This document shows, in pieces, positions 39,373-51,887 of a stretch of DNA of 64,000 bases. Source of the stretch: Vicugna vicugna. Lineage: Eukaryota. The stretch lies in assembly GCA_013265495.1 (NCBI GenBank), contig MU058844.1:5124344-5188343 (forward strand), written 5' to 3'. Positions within the stretch are counted from its first letter, which is position 1. The number at the start of each line of letters is the position of its first letter. The notes under the pieces were generated by a model. It saw nothing but the letters and a program-made list of their open reading frames with translations, was not told where the DNA came from and searched no databases. The translations under genes and the position numbers were made by a program.

Positions 39373-39509
39373 AACAGTTTCCAGACATTACACAGAAAGA
39401 ACTTCTACCCTTGAAAGAAGAGAAACACACAAAGAAAGCCCAGGGTCGCGTCTTGATCACTGTATCTCCTCCTGGGGACACTTGCTGGGGAACAGAGAGT
39501 GGGGAGCAA

Positions 39510-40047
39510 AGGAGTGGTGATTTGACCTTCTGATATACACGTTCTAGTGTAAGATCCTTCCCTTAAGAGTAGGCCAGACCTCTTGAATTGCTTTTATCGA
39601 ACAGTTAGTGGCAAATGTGATGATGTCACTTCTGAGGTTAGGTGAAAAAGAATGACTTCCATTTTGCTAGCTAACTCTTTCTGTAGCCTTGCTGGCTTTC
39701 ACAGTTTGATGAAGCAATCTGCTGTGCTGGAGAGACCCATAGGGCAAAGAATTGATGGCAGCATCTGGCCAAAACCCAGTAAGGAGCACAGGCCCTCAGT
39801 CTAACTGCCTGAGAAGAAGTGAATCCCGCCAACAACCACATGAGCTTGGACGTGGATTCTTCCCCACTTGAGCCTCTGCATGACTGCAGCCAAATGACAT
39901 TTTTATTGCAGTTGTGACAGACTCTGAGACGGAAGACCCTGCTAAGCTTTGCATGCATACCTGACCCACGGAAATGATGAGAAAATAAATATATGCTTTT
40001 TTAGGTTTCATGGTAATTTGTTATGTAACAATATATCACTAATATAC
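39510..40047 (+). mobile_element. MaLR LTR (MLT1F-like)
   Basis: gatgtcacttctgaggttagg...gaatcccgccaacaaccacatgagcttgga...ggtaatttgttatgtaacaata. Confidence 0.8.
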
Positions 40048-40049
40048 CT

Positions 40050-40305
40050 CTTATGTATACATGGAACATTCATTAAGACATCATATTCTGGGCCACAAAA
40101 CAAACCTTATGAAATTTAAAAGAATAGAAATTAATTCTATTATGTTCTGTGAATATAAACTAGAAATCAATAACAGAAAGATACATGACAATACTCAAAT
40201 ATTTGAAAATTAAGCAGCACTTGGAACAAAGAGGAAATATGTAGGCAAGTTAAAACATATTTTAAATTAAATGAAGATGAAAATTCATGTATAAAAACTT
40301 GTGGG
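40050..40305 (+). mobile_element. Ancient L1M ORF2 endonuclease-end fragment
   Basis: catggaacattc...catattctgggccacaaaacaaacctt...aaactagaaatcaataacagaaag...aaaacttgtggga. Confidence 0.7.
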
Positions 40306-42056
40306 AGAAGGGGATCAGCCAAGGTGGCAGAGTACCAAGACCCTGAGCTCACCTCCTTTCATGAGCACAACAAAACCACAACTACCTGCAAAACAACCAT
40401 CAATGAAAAAGACTGAAATCTACCAGAAAAGTTCCTCTATAACTGAAGACATAAAGAAGGAACCACAACAAGACGGGTAGGCAGGGTGGCCTTGCAGTAA
40501 AACTAAGTCACATACCTTTGGGTGGGTGACCCACACTAGAGAATAATTATATTGCAGAGGTTCTCCCACAGGAGTGAGAGTTCTGAGCCCCACATCAGTC
40601 TCTATAGCCTGGGAGTCCTCTATGGGAAAGACAAGCCCCCAGAGAATTTTGCTCTGAATTCCAGCAGAGCATAATTTCAGGAATCCCAACAGACTACAGG
40701 AAATAGAGACTTCACTCTTAAAGGGCACACACAAAACCTCATGCACACCAGGACCCAGGACAAAAAAAGCACCTTGACAGGAGTCTGGACCAGACTTACC
40801 TCCTGATCTTAGGGGAAATGCTCTCACCTGTTCACTGCTGAGTATGTTTGATGTGGGTTTGCTGTATATGGTCTTTATTATGTTGAGGTATGTTCCCTCT
40901 ATGCCCACTTACTGGAGAGTTTTTATCATAAATGGAGGTTGAATTTTATCAAAATCTTTTTCTGCATCTATTGAGATGATCATATTGCTTATATACTTCT
41001 GTTTATCAACATGGTGTATCACATTGATTTATTTGTTGGTATTGAAAAATCCTGCACCCCTGGGATTAATCCCACTTGATCATGGTGTATGATCCTTCTA
41101 ATGTATTCTGGAGTCAATTTGCTAGATTTGCTAGTATTTTGTTAAGGGAACAAATCCGGGAACAAGACAAGGATGCCCATTCTCACCACTCTTATTTAAC
41201 ACAGTTTGAAAGTCTTAGTCAAGCAATCAGAGAAGAAATAGAAATCAAAGGAATCCAAATTGGAAAGAAACAGGTAAAACTGTCACTGTTTGCAGATGAC
41301 ACGATACTATACATAAAATCCTAAAGATGCTACCAGAAGACTACTGAAACCCATCAATGAATTTGGTAAATATACAGGACACAGTAAGATACAGAAATCC
41401 ATTGTATTTGTATACACTAACAATATCAGAATGAGAAATTTAGGAAATACTCCCATTTACCACTGCATTAAAAATAATAAAATACCTAGGAATGAACCTA
41501 CCTAAGGAGGCAAAAGACATGTACTCTGAAAACTATAAGACAGTGATGAAAGAAGTTGAAGATGACACAAACAGATGGAAAAAATACATGCCATGTTCTT
41601 GGATCGGAAGGATCAATGTTGTTAAAATCACGTACTACCTGATGCAATCTATAGATTCAATGTAATCCCTATCAAATTACCAATGGAATTTTTCACAGGA
41701 CTAAAAAAAAAAATTAAATCTGTATGGAAACATAAGACTGACTATCCAAAACAATCTTGAGAAAGAAAAACAAGGCTGGGGGAATTATACCTCCTGATTT
41801 CAGACTATATGACAAAGCCGTGGTAATCAAAACAGCATGGTATTGGCACAAAAACAGACGTATAGATGAGTGGAATAGGATTAAGAGCCTAGAAATAGAT
41901 TCATATACTTATAGTCAATTAATTTACAACAAAGGAGACGAGAATATACAATGATGAAAAGACAGTCTCTTCAATAAGCAGCGAAAAGTGGACATCTACA
42001 TGTAAAAGAATGAAATTAGAACATTCTCTTCCACCATCATATGCAAAATAAACTCA

Positions 42057-42184
42057 GAGGGAAGGTGTAGCTCCAGTGATAGAGTGTATGCTTAGCATGT
42101 GCAAGGTCCTGGGTTTAATCCCTAGCACGACCTCTAAAAATAAATAAACCTAATTACCCTGCCAAAAAATACTAAAAAATAAAT
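42057..42184 (+). mobile_element. tRNA-derived SINE, camelid Vic-1-like, inserted in L1 ORF2
   Basis: A box tagctccagtgatag, B box gggtttaatccc, tail aaataaataaacctaattacc; 11-bp TSD aaataaactca (42046-42056, 42185-42195). Confidence 0.88.
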
Positions 42185-43004
42185 AAATAAACTCAATGGA
42201 TTAAAGACTTAAATATGTAAGTGTGGATACTCTAAAATTCCTAGAAGAAAACACAGGCATAGCATTCTTTGACATAAATCACCACCATATTTTTTGGATC
42301 TGTCTCCTAGAGTAACAGAAATAAAAGCAAAAAGCAAAAACAAACAAACAAACAAAAAAGACCAAAATGGGACCTAATTAAACTTAAAAGCTTTGTAGAG
42401 CAAAGGAAACTATAAACAAAATGAAAAGACAACCTATGGAATGGGAGAAAATATTTGCAAAGGAAGCAACTGACAAGAGAATAATTTCTAAAATATACTA
42501 ACAGCTCATATAGCTCAATACCAGAAAGACAAACAACCCAGTCAAAAAATGGGTAGAGGTCCTAAATAGACATTTCTCCAAAGAAGACATATTGATAGCC
42601 AATAGGCACATGAATTATTAATTATTAAAGAAATGCAAATCAAAACTACAACGAGGTATCACCTCACTCTGGTCAGAATGGCCATCATCAAAAGTCTACA
42701 AGTAAATGCTGGAGAGAGTGTGGGGAAAAGGGAACCCTCCTACACTATTGGTGGGAATGTAAATTGGTGCAGCCACAATATAAAAAAGTATGGGGGTTCC
42801 TTAAAAAACTAAAAATAGAGTTACCATATGATACAACAATCCCACTTCCAGGCATATATTTGGAAAATACAAATACTGTATTTTGAAAAATATATTTACT
42901 CCAATGTTCATAATAGCACTATTGAGACTAAGACTTGGAAGCAACCTAAATGTCCATCAACAGATAAATGGGTAAAGAAGGTGTTTTATACATATATATA
43001 ATGT

Positions 43005-43028
43005 ACACACACACACACACACACACAC
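43005..43028. repeat. (AC)12 microsatellite
   Basis: Perfect acacac run inside the L1. Confidence 0.95.
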
Positions 43029-43509
43029 AGTGGAATATTACTCAGCTATAAAAATGAATGAAATAATGCCATTTGCAGCAACATGGATGGGCCTAGAGAT
43101 TATCATACTAATTGGAGTCAATCAGACAGAAAGACAAATATATATAACTTACGTGTAGAATCTAAAAAAATTATAAAAAATTAATTTATTTTCAAAACAG
43201 AAATAGACTCACAGAAATGGAAAACGTACTTAATGTTTACCAAAGGGGAAAAGGGGGAAGGGGTAAATTAGGAGTTTGGGATTAAGAGATAAATACTATT
43301 ATAAAAACGGTTAAACAACAAGGACCTACTGTATAGCACAGGAAACTTTATTCAGTATCTTTTAATGATCTATAATGGAAAATAATCTGTAAAAGTATAT
43401 ATATACACATACATGTATATATGTACAGCTGAGCCACTTTGCTGTACACCTGAAAATAACAACATAAATCAATTATAATACAATAAAAAATAAAATATAT
43501 AAAATAAAG

Positions 43510-43975
43510 TTTTAGGCTTGAGCAAATGAATTAACAAAAGTGCCATTTACTGATGTAAGAAAGACAGGGCAGGAACAGGTGAATGGGAGGTGTATAAATT
43601 ACTAATTCAGCTTAAAATTTGTTAAATTTGAGCATTTATCAAGCAACCAAGTAACCTTTCTAGCGACTACATAGCTGGATATAGATTCTACAGTTTAGGA
43701 GAGAGATCATTGATGGAGATGTTAATTTAAAAGACATTATATATACATGACATTTCAAGCCAGAAATAGCCTCCAGGGCAAGTAAAGAAAGAAAAAAAAG
43801 AAAGGATATGAGAAATGAGTTCTGAGACACTCCAGCACTTTGAAGTGTTGAAGGAAGAAGAGAGAGGGATAAGAAGGAGAGGGAGCAGCAAATGAGATAG
43901 AAAAATGGAGAGAATTCGCTGTCCTTTTGGCCAACAGAATAAAAGCATTTAAAGAAGAATGAAGTGAGTATTTTA
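43510..43975 (-). mobile_element. L2 LINE fragment
   Basis: ggcttgagcaa...gtgccatttactga...gctggatatagatt...tgagttctgagacactccagcactt. Confidence 0.75.
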
Positions 43976-45582
43976 AAATTCAGAGTCTCCATGACTTGCA
44001 ATTATAGTCTTTAAAAAAATACACGTATTTACACGCGTTCCACAGCTGTTCTCTTTCACTTATTTATGTTTATTTTTGTGTTTCTTGTTGTCAGTGGACA
44101 ATGATTTTCTTCTTCGCTTTGTTATTCTTTAACTAGATGATTATAACAGAACTTTAGTTGGACATCATACTATGGAATAGCCAGAAAACAATTTTTAATT
44201 TAGGGAATTGAAAAATTATTGTTTATATGCATGGCTGGATTCCACAAATGCATTTGAATGTGAGAACTGCAGAGGAAGAAACATTACATAAAGATAATAT
44301 TTGCATAATACCATCCACGCAAAGGGTTCCATAGGAGTTTAGCTTAGAGTAAATGTGCAAAATTGGAAGGCAGGGGATCATAACATTTGAAATGGGCAAT
44401 ACATTCATCTTTATTCAGTTTTTCTGTACAGAAAAAGCAATCTATATTTTGATATATTTTCAGGTATGATAACATGTAAACAAGGAGATAAACCAGCTTA
44501 TTCCTGAAATAGTTATAAATCTTATACTTGGTATATCTGAAAATATTGGAGATATGGCTTGTGCTACTTGGAGAAGAACTCATTACCATTATAATTACAG
44601 TTTTCTAAATCAATTAATATGAATTTATTAGGTGCTTAATTAATGCCTCATGTTGAATGAATCATTAATTAAGCATACTTAATATAGTTTGGCTACTTCT
44701 AGACCTAAATGAGAGATATTATGTGCCTAGAAGTAACTGAATTTCTGCAGAAGTTACAGATTCAAATTGTCATATGTCTTTAAAATATTTTCTATGATTA
44801 CCTGGCCTAAACCAGAAAATCTGGGCGAACTCTAGATTCATAACTTAGAGGATGAAAAAGACACTGTGTAACAACTTATAGCCCCAATAGTGACACCAGT
44901 TGAGACACTCAGATATGGACTTACAGACCAGTGCTGATGTCAAGAATAAAAAAGCATTTTTTGTTATTACACAATTGGTTTGAGTTCTCAGGTCCAATAC
45001 ATTGGAGATTTAATTTCTTCTTAGAAAATAGATTCACAAATTTGATGCCTCACACTTTGTATTTTCACATATATTTAATTTTTTAACCAAACTTTTCACT
45101 AACAGCAGAAAAGAATAGAGTTGAGGTTGCTACCCAAACAATAGAGTCTAGCTTAGAATGTCATACGGTATATGGTTTTTACTATATAATTAGCCCCATT
45201 TTTCTTCTGTAAAATATTATTTTTAATTTATTTTTATTTTTAATCAATTTACAAGTGATATTGTATGACTTAGGGTACAAACTAATCTGGTATGAAAAAG
45301 CATCCCCAGGATGCTACAGTGATTTGGCATTTGCATTTCATGAGACAGCATAAGGGGTGTGAATGGACTCTGTTCCACAATGTCTGCAGAGTTTTTCTAA
45401 GTGGTTTTGCTAATACTATACCCCTAAGAGCAATTTATGAAGTCACTTTGATCTTTTTTTTCCTCTTGTTTTCTCACAGCAAATGGGGTGTTAACCTCAA
45501 TCATCACATTAACATTTTAGTGGATAGGAATAGAAAAAATTTGAAATGGAGAACAAATTCTTTATGCGAAGTAATAGAGAAG

Positions 45583-45752
45583 TAGTCCATCTCACTCATA
45601 TTCCATTGATTCCATTTAGTCAGATGGTCATGCCTAGTCAGAAGGGAGGCTAGAAAATAACTTTTATAGCTTGGTAGTCATATGCATTTAAAAATATTCT
45701 GCTATAGAAGAAGAGAAGAATGGATTTGGCAGGGAACAAATAGAAATATGAC
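45583..45752 (-). mobile_element. Old MaLR LTR fragment (MLT1J/K-like)
   Basis: ctcatattccattga...tagtcagatggtcatgcctag...aagggaggctagaaaata...gaagagaagaatggat. Confidence 0.65.
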
Positions 45753-47314
45753 AGAATGGGCTAGACAGAAAGATGGTAATTTGATAACTTTTCAAGTCCC
45801 AACACACTACCCCTGAAAACCAGGCGTACTTATATCACCATTAAAAGAACATAATGAATTTTGTTTATTTCTTCAAGATTTGAGGTCATTAACTTTATGG
45901 ACAAAGCATGAAGAGTTATAGTTCACAGAATTTTTAAAATTAAATTTAAATTTATTTGTATAGAAAATGTATGATAACTACAAAATTTCAAGTTAAACTT
46001 TTACTCCGAATTGTTCAACATTTCTACTTACACAGTAGCATCTTGTTATTTTAGCATCTTACATCCCATTTCTCCCCATTCTCTAGTACTTGTGGGATAA
46101 CTAAAATGCAAGATAAGGATTCTTACTTATCTGTAAAAATGCATAAAAATAGTATTTAGTGGCATGTGAAGCTGACAAAATTCCACTTATCCATACCCTG
46201 CCAAAGGTTTTGTTTTCATCTTATATATGTCAGATCCATATTATATGGACTGAGTATATAAGCAACCTTTCTATTTGTGACCCCTTGATATTATTCTTTT
46301 ATGCTCGTGTTGTGCTCCTCTGTGACCTATAATCAGCATTCTAGTAGGTGATCCCTCTGTTGTGTGTGGACCTAATGTGAGTATTCTAAATTCTAAGTCT
46401 AGATGGTATCACTCACTTTGGCAGGTTTTTTTTTTTTCTTAATTTGAGATCACAATCTCTTAATTTTCCTGTGCAATTCCTTTTATTTTCTTTTCAGACT
46501 CTTTTTCTTTTAAAAAATCCTTTAGATATGTCACCTCCACTAGAATTCTCTAAAAATATATTTCTTTAGGGTGTGTACCTGGCTTCCCCCCGTTTCTATA
46601 ATCATGTCACACTGCTTAATAGAAGCATGGTATGTAATCAAATTATAATGTATAAAAATTAAGTCTAAAAACATTAATCTGAAGGTAAAATCCTCTACTT
46701 ACTTCTCATGTCATTTAACCTCATTGCATAACTGACATGCACCCACACACACTGACCATTTCCATGACAAACAGTCGTTATCATTACTGTTAAAGTTATA
46801 CTGTCATTTAATATATTCCCATTCATCTTCCTCCTCACCATCTTAATAACATAAAAACATTTAACCCATGACTTTTTACTTAGCTCTATGTGTCAATGTT
46901 CTTTATCTATCTAGACTTCTCTATAATTAAAGCTTTTCATCTGCTTTAGGAGTTAAAAGTCTTTTGATGTGATGGCCTTTCTTGTCTACTACATGATATG
47001 TAATCCTTCCTTATTTAATTACTTCCATTTACTCTTTGTAAGATATACACCAGCTCATGATTCTTTTCAGTCTTGCTCTTGATGCATATCTCATACATCA
47101 AGAGTGAGAAATGACATCACAGTTCTTTTTCCAGAAAGAAAATCCATTTTGAAATCCTTTTCCATGTAGAATGGAGTAACAGTCTTATACGTGAGGACAT
47201 TCTCTCAACCCCTGACATTTCCACACCCATCCTCTAGCCTTTGAATAAAATTTACATAAAAGTTAATTTGAAAACAGAATATTATGTTACAGCTAAGTTT
47301 GCAGTGGCAAACTA

Positions 47315-47915
47315 CAGTAGTCTCTTATAATCTGCAGGGCATATGTTCCAAGACCCCCAGGGGATACCTGGAATTATGAGTAGTACTGAACCCTGTATAT
47401 ATTTGTTCCTATATATACATACTTATGATGAAGCTTAACTTATAAACTAGGTAAAGTAAGAGATTAACAATAGTAATAAAAAAATAGAGCAATTATAACA
47501 ATATACTGTAATAAAAATTATATGAATGTGGTCTTTCTCTCACTCTCTAAAAATACCTTATTGTATTATATTCATCCTTCTTATGATGATGTGGAATTAA
47601 AAAATGCCTACATAATGAGATGAAGTGAGGTGAATAATGTAGGCAACATGTTTAGTGTTAGGCTACTACTGACCTTCTGATGACATGTCAGATCACCCAG
47701 TTTGGGTGATTCAGCATTATCAAGCCATGAAGACTTGATGGTTGGGGATTCTGGGCAGGAAGGAGTGGAATGGCATGAGATTTCGTCATATTACTCAGAA
47801 CAATGCATAATTTAAAACATAAATTGTTTATTTGTGAAATTTTCCATTTAATATTTTTTCAGACTGGCTGTGTGCAACTGAAACATGGAAAGCAAAACTG
47901 CTGATAAGGGGAGAC
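47315..47915 (-). mobile_element. MER44-like TcMar-Tigger non-autonomous element
   Basis: ta|cagtagtctcttat...gttccaagacccccag at left; caactgaaacatggaaagcaaaactgctgataaggggagac at right (TIR pair). Confidence 0.85.
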
Positions 47916-48312
47916 AAACTGAGTGGTTAAACAACAGAAATGCATTGTCTCACAGTTCTAGAGGCTTAGAAATCCAAGATCAAGGTGACAGCAGGGTCCT
48001 GCTCCCTCTGAAGCTGCCAGGGAAGGATATGTTCCTGGTCTCTCTCCCAGCCTCTGATAGTTCCTAGGCTTATGCCACCGTAATTTCAGTCTTTACATAC
48101 TGTTCTCCGCATGTATCTCTATGTCCAAATTTGTCATTTATAAGGACACCTGTCATATTGGATCAAGATTCATGTTAATGACTTCATTCTAACATAACAA
48201 ATTACAACTGCAATGATCCTATTTCCAAATTAGTTCACATCCTGAGGTACTGGTGGTTAGTACTTAACATGGGAATATGGCAGGGGTGGGGGGAACACAA
48301 TTCAACCTACAA
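47914..48312 (-). mobile_element. MaLR LTR (MLT1B-like)
   Basis: acaaactgagtggttaaacaacagaaatgcattgtctcacagttctagaggct...ataaggacacc...atttccaaat...acacaattcaacc. Confidence 0.85.
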
Positions 48313-48995
48313 AAAATACTGCTTTGCTTTATTAAAGTTTCATTACTAACTTGTAATTCATGAGCTTTTACATAAACACTATTGAGGGTTATCCTACTTT
48401 TTGGATTCAGAATAGATCACTGATTGTGTAATCTACTATTTAGGTTTCTTCTATCACCCACCAAAGTGAGTATTTTCAAATTTGTAGTATCACCCATTAA
48501 AGAGTTAATACATTGTAAAATGAAAATAGTCCTGGGAGATGAAGCCTCTATGTAGCTTTTATGTGAATGTGAGACAAAATCTACTTGTATGGATGGCTTT
48601 GATGAGCACGTGATAATATTGAAACTGACAGGACACGAAGATAGCACAGAGGAGAAATGGTCACCAAAGGGAAATGATTCAGATGTGGAGAAGCTCAGGA
48701 CCTAGAAGACAAGTCACTGTCTACAATTTTTTGAGGCCACTATGTCTACTTACATTTGGTAGGACTTTTCACATCTTACTAGGTGGTCTGTCTTTAGCTG
48801 TCTCTATTTTTTTATATCTTGCTTAACCCTAAAGTAAAACTGAAGTCTATGACTTCATTCATTTTGTGGCTCCTAAGTAGGACTTTTTACGAATCAATGT
48901 TCCTGATTATTTCATAGGAAGCTGATATGGCTACTTGTTCGTGTTCTGTCCTCGCCAAATCGAATCAGGCCCTTGCTAACGTTTAAAACTATTTA

Positions 48996-49070
48996 ATGTG
49001 CTGTATACCAGAAATTGACAGAACATTGTAAACTGACTATACTTCAATAAAAATAAAACAACAACAACAA
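48996..49070 (+). mobile_element. 75-bp extremely 5'-truncated L1 3' terminus
   Basis: atgtgctgtataccagaaattgacagaacattgtaaactgactatacttcaataaaa plus A/CAA tail; 11-bp TSD aaaactattta (48985-48995, 49071-49081). Confidence 0.9.
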
Positions 49071-49184
49071 AAAACTATTTAGACCACAGAACTACATTAC
49101 AGTCTTAGAAACTTTGGATTTTGGATTGTTCACACCTTAGTACAACAGTTTCTAAATTATATAGTGCAGAGAAATCACTGCAGA

Positions 49185-51330
49185 TTCATAAAATGAACAG
49201 CGTATTCCACATCTAGTTCAAGATACAAAGCTTTGCCAGAAGCACAGATTTTCCTCTTATGTGCCTTGTCCAGCCACAACTCCCTCAAAGAGAGCCACTG
49301 TCCTGATTTATAATACTCTGAATTACTTAATATAAAAATAGATAAGTATAGCTTAAACTCTTTTCTGTCTGTCTTCCTACATTTGATATTAATTTGGGAA
49401 ATTCAGCCATATTGTTGACTGCTAAATTGTAAATTGATCTTTCCTGTTTTACGTGTACTTCACAATTTATTGCTTCTGTAGTTGGGTGGACATTAGCTAT
49501 TTAGATAGTTTGTATATGGCACCCAATACAGTGTTATTCTGAAAATTCATGTCTTTGGGTGAACATGTGTATGATTTTCTATTACACATACACTGAGAAA
49601 TATAATTGCTGGGTCACAGTGTATGTTTATATTTAGCTTTAGTTGACTCTATTACAGAATTTTCCCAGTGGTTTTGCCAATATTATGCTCCTACTTTATG
49701 AGAATTACAATTTCTCCACATCCTCACCAGCACTTTTTTTTTCCTTCATTTATAATCATTCTGTTGGGTGTATACTGGTATCTCACATGTTTATTGACCT
49801 ATTAGATGTCCACTTTTGTGGAATATCCTGTTCTAGTCTTTTGAATATATTATATTAAGTTTTTTGTCTATTTGTTTATAGAAAATACTCATAATACTAG
49901 TCACTTTTAGAATCATGTAGTGATATATTATCTTTTTATATATATTGCCAGATTTATTTATATTTTCTAAGGAGTCTCTATATCTATGGGGGAGATGGTT
50001 TTGAAATCAAAAGAAAACAGAAAAATTCTCATAAAAAGAGAAAATATTTTCAATATTTCTTAAACTGTAAGAGTGTTTTAAAACCACAAAATGAGTATAT
50101 TTCTCCCCTACATGTTTCAACTAATTCACTGATGAAGATATTTTAGTTTGGAGATTTCTCTGTGGGAAGAATCTTAAATAATGGTTTTAATTTCTTTAAT
50201 AAGTATACAACTAGTAAGATTTTCTATTGATTTTGTCACTTGTATTTTTCGGGGGACTTGTCTATTTCATCAAAATTGTTAAGTATATTGGCATAAAATT
50301 GTATTTAATATCCTCTCATCTTATTGATATCTGTAGGACCTGTAGGGGGATATTCCTGTAAAGGAGAAATAAAAATATGATGGTTTGCATATTTTCTTAT
50401 TTTATTTTTCTCAATCTTGCTAGGGGTATTTGATTTTTCATTTTCTCAACTAAAAAAGTATGTTTCTTATTTATTTTTGTTCTTTTATTATTAATTTTAT
50501 GCCTGCATTAATATTATATTTTAATTTCTATTCCAAAGTAAAAGCTTTAAATCACTGGCATTTAACCTTTCTCATTTACTAACAGTATATGTAACTAGTC
50601 TCTGAATTTTTTTCTAAGCATATCTTTAGCTGCTTCCCATGTTATAGTACATGTATTTTAATTTTCTTTAACTTAGAATTTACCTAAAATTTTCTAATTT
50701 TCAGTTTTAGTTCTTTGATAAATTTAGAAGCCCTTTGTTAAATTTCAAATGGGGATTCTCTACCTATCTTGTTATTGTATTCCAGATTAATTCAGTTTTG
50801 TCATAAATCATACTATGAATAATTTAAATAATTTGAAAATTTTGGAAGCTATATTTATTGCCTATAATACAGCTTTTGGTAAATGTTCAATATATAATTA
50901 AAATAATATCAATTATGTCTTTAATATGCAAAGTTTTATGCATCTCAATAATGTAAGTTGAATTATTTTTACATATAAATTATTAACATTGTTAATTATA
51001 ATCTATATTCTTACTGAGGTTTTTTTTTCCCCTGATACTCTAACTGCTATTGTGAAAAGTATATTAAAGACTCCTAGTCTAATTGTACATTTTAAAATTT
51101 CTCATTTTAGTTTTATCAATTGCTGCTTTATGCAGTTGGAAGTTATGTTATCAAGCATATACATACTAAGGACTATGGTGCATTTCTTTTGGATTTCTTC
51201 CTTTGCATTATGATGTATTCCTTTTCTGTACTAAATTCTTTCTCGAAGTCTTTTAATCTCTTCACATCTATTCATTTCTTAAAAATGCACGCCTTTTCAC
51301 ATTTTCCTTTTTCAAGCAGTACCTATTGTG
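49185..51330 (-). mobile_element. Ancient L1ME 3'UTR/ORF2 remnants
   Basis: aattgctgggtcacagtgtatgtttatatttagcttt...tttctccacatcctcaccagcactt...gttttaatttctttaataagtata...tttagctgcttcccat. Confidence 0.65.
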
Positions 51331-51887
51331 TTTATTAAATTTCTTTCTAGTTTTGTCTCCACTTAAAATTTTTTTTACTTTTTTTATCTTATTCATTTCT
51401 GAGTTTTATCACAGTATTTGCTATTTCTCTTAATTATAATGCAATGTTTTTATTTCATACAGTTTACCATTTTCTACTTTTAGGTGATTTGAAATATTTG
51501 TTTATACTTTTCATGTTTTATGCATGGATTTTTCAGTAATTTTTAAAAAAGCATTTCCTGTAAGGGTATTATTTAGCTTCTTATGGTCTTTTGTCTTTTA
51601 GAGACTTTAAGTGAAATGTGACTCATACTTTCCTGCTTATTTTTATATGAAATTAATTTGTATGAATTGTTAGAAGGATGAAATGGTTAAAAATAGTTTT
51701 CCTGTCTATAAATTTAAAAAGATATGGCTTCATAGTCTGAGATCATCTGACTTCCTTTCCCCTATACCTAGCAATTTTTTTTCTTTCTTTCATTTCTATT
51801 CATCCCAAATCTGAAGTCAGTGTCTTTAAGTTTTTTCCAGTATGAGACTTTGACCTTGAAGATACCTTCAGGGTTTCGCTTTATTCC

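Larger units (their letters stand above)
40306..43508 (+). mobile_element. Rearranged lineage-specific L1: 5' UTR start (40306-~40812), inverted ORF2 segment (~40801-41147), forward ORF2 3' half, 3' UTR and A-rich tail
   Basis: UTR colinear with 10980-11490. Minus-strand GIEGTYLNIIKTIYSKPTSNILSSEQVRAFPLRSG. Plus-strand TRQGCPFSP...[13 protein letters not shown] (RT FADD motif). Complete 3' end. Confidence 0.93.

Noticed and set aside
40420..40908. Longest ORF (162 aa) as a novel gene
   Set aside because: It is an accidental fusion of inverted L1 ORF2 (to ...FPLRSG) with antisense 5' UTR.
42057..42135. tRNA gene
   Set aside because: Degenerate A/B boxes plus a SINE tail and TSD identify it as a tRNA-derived SINE.
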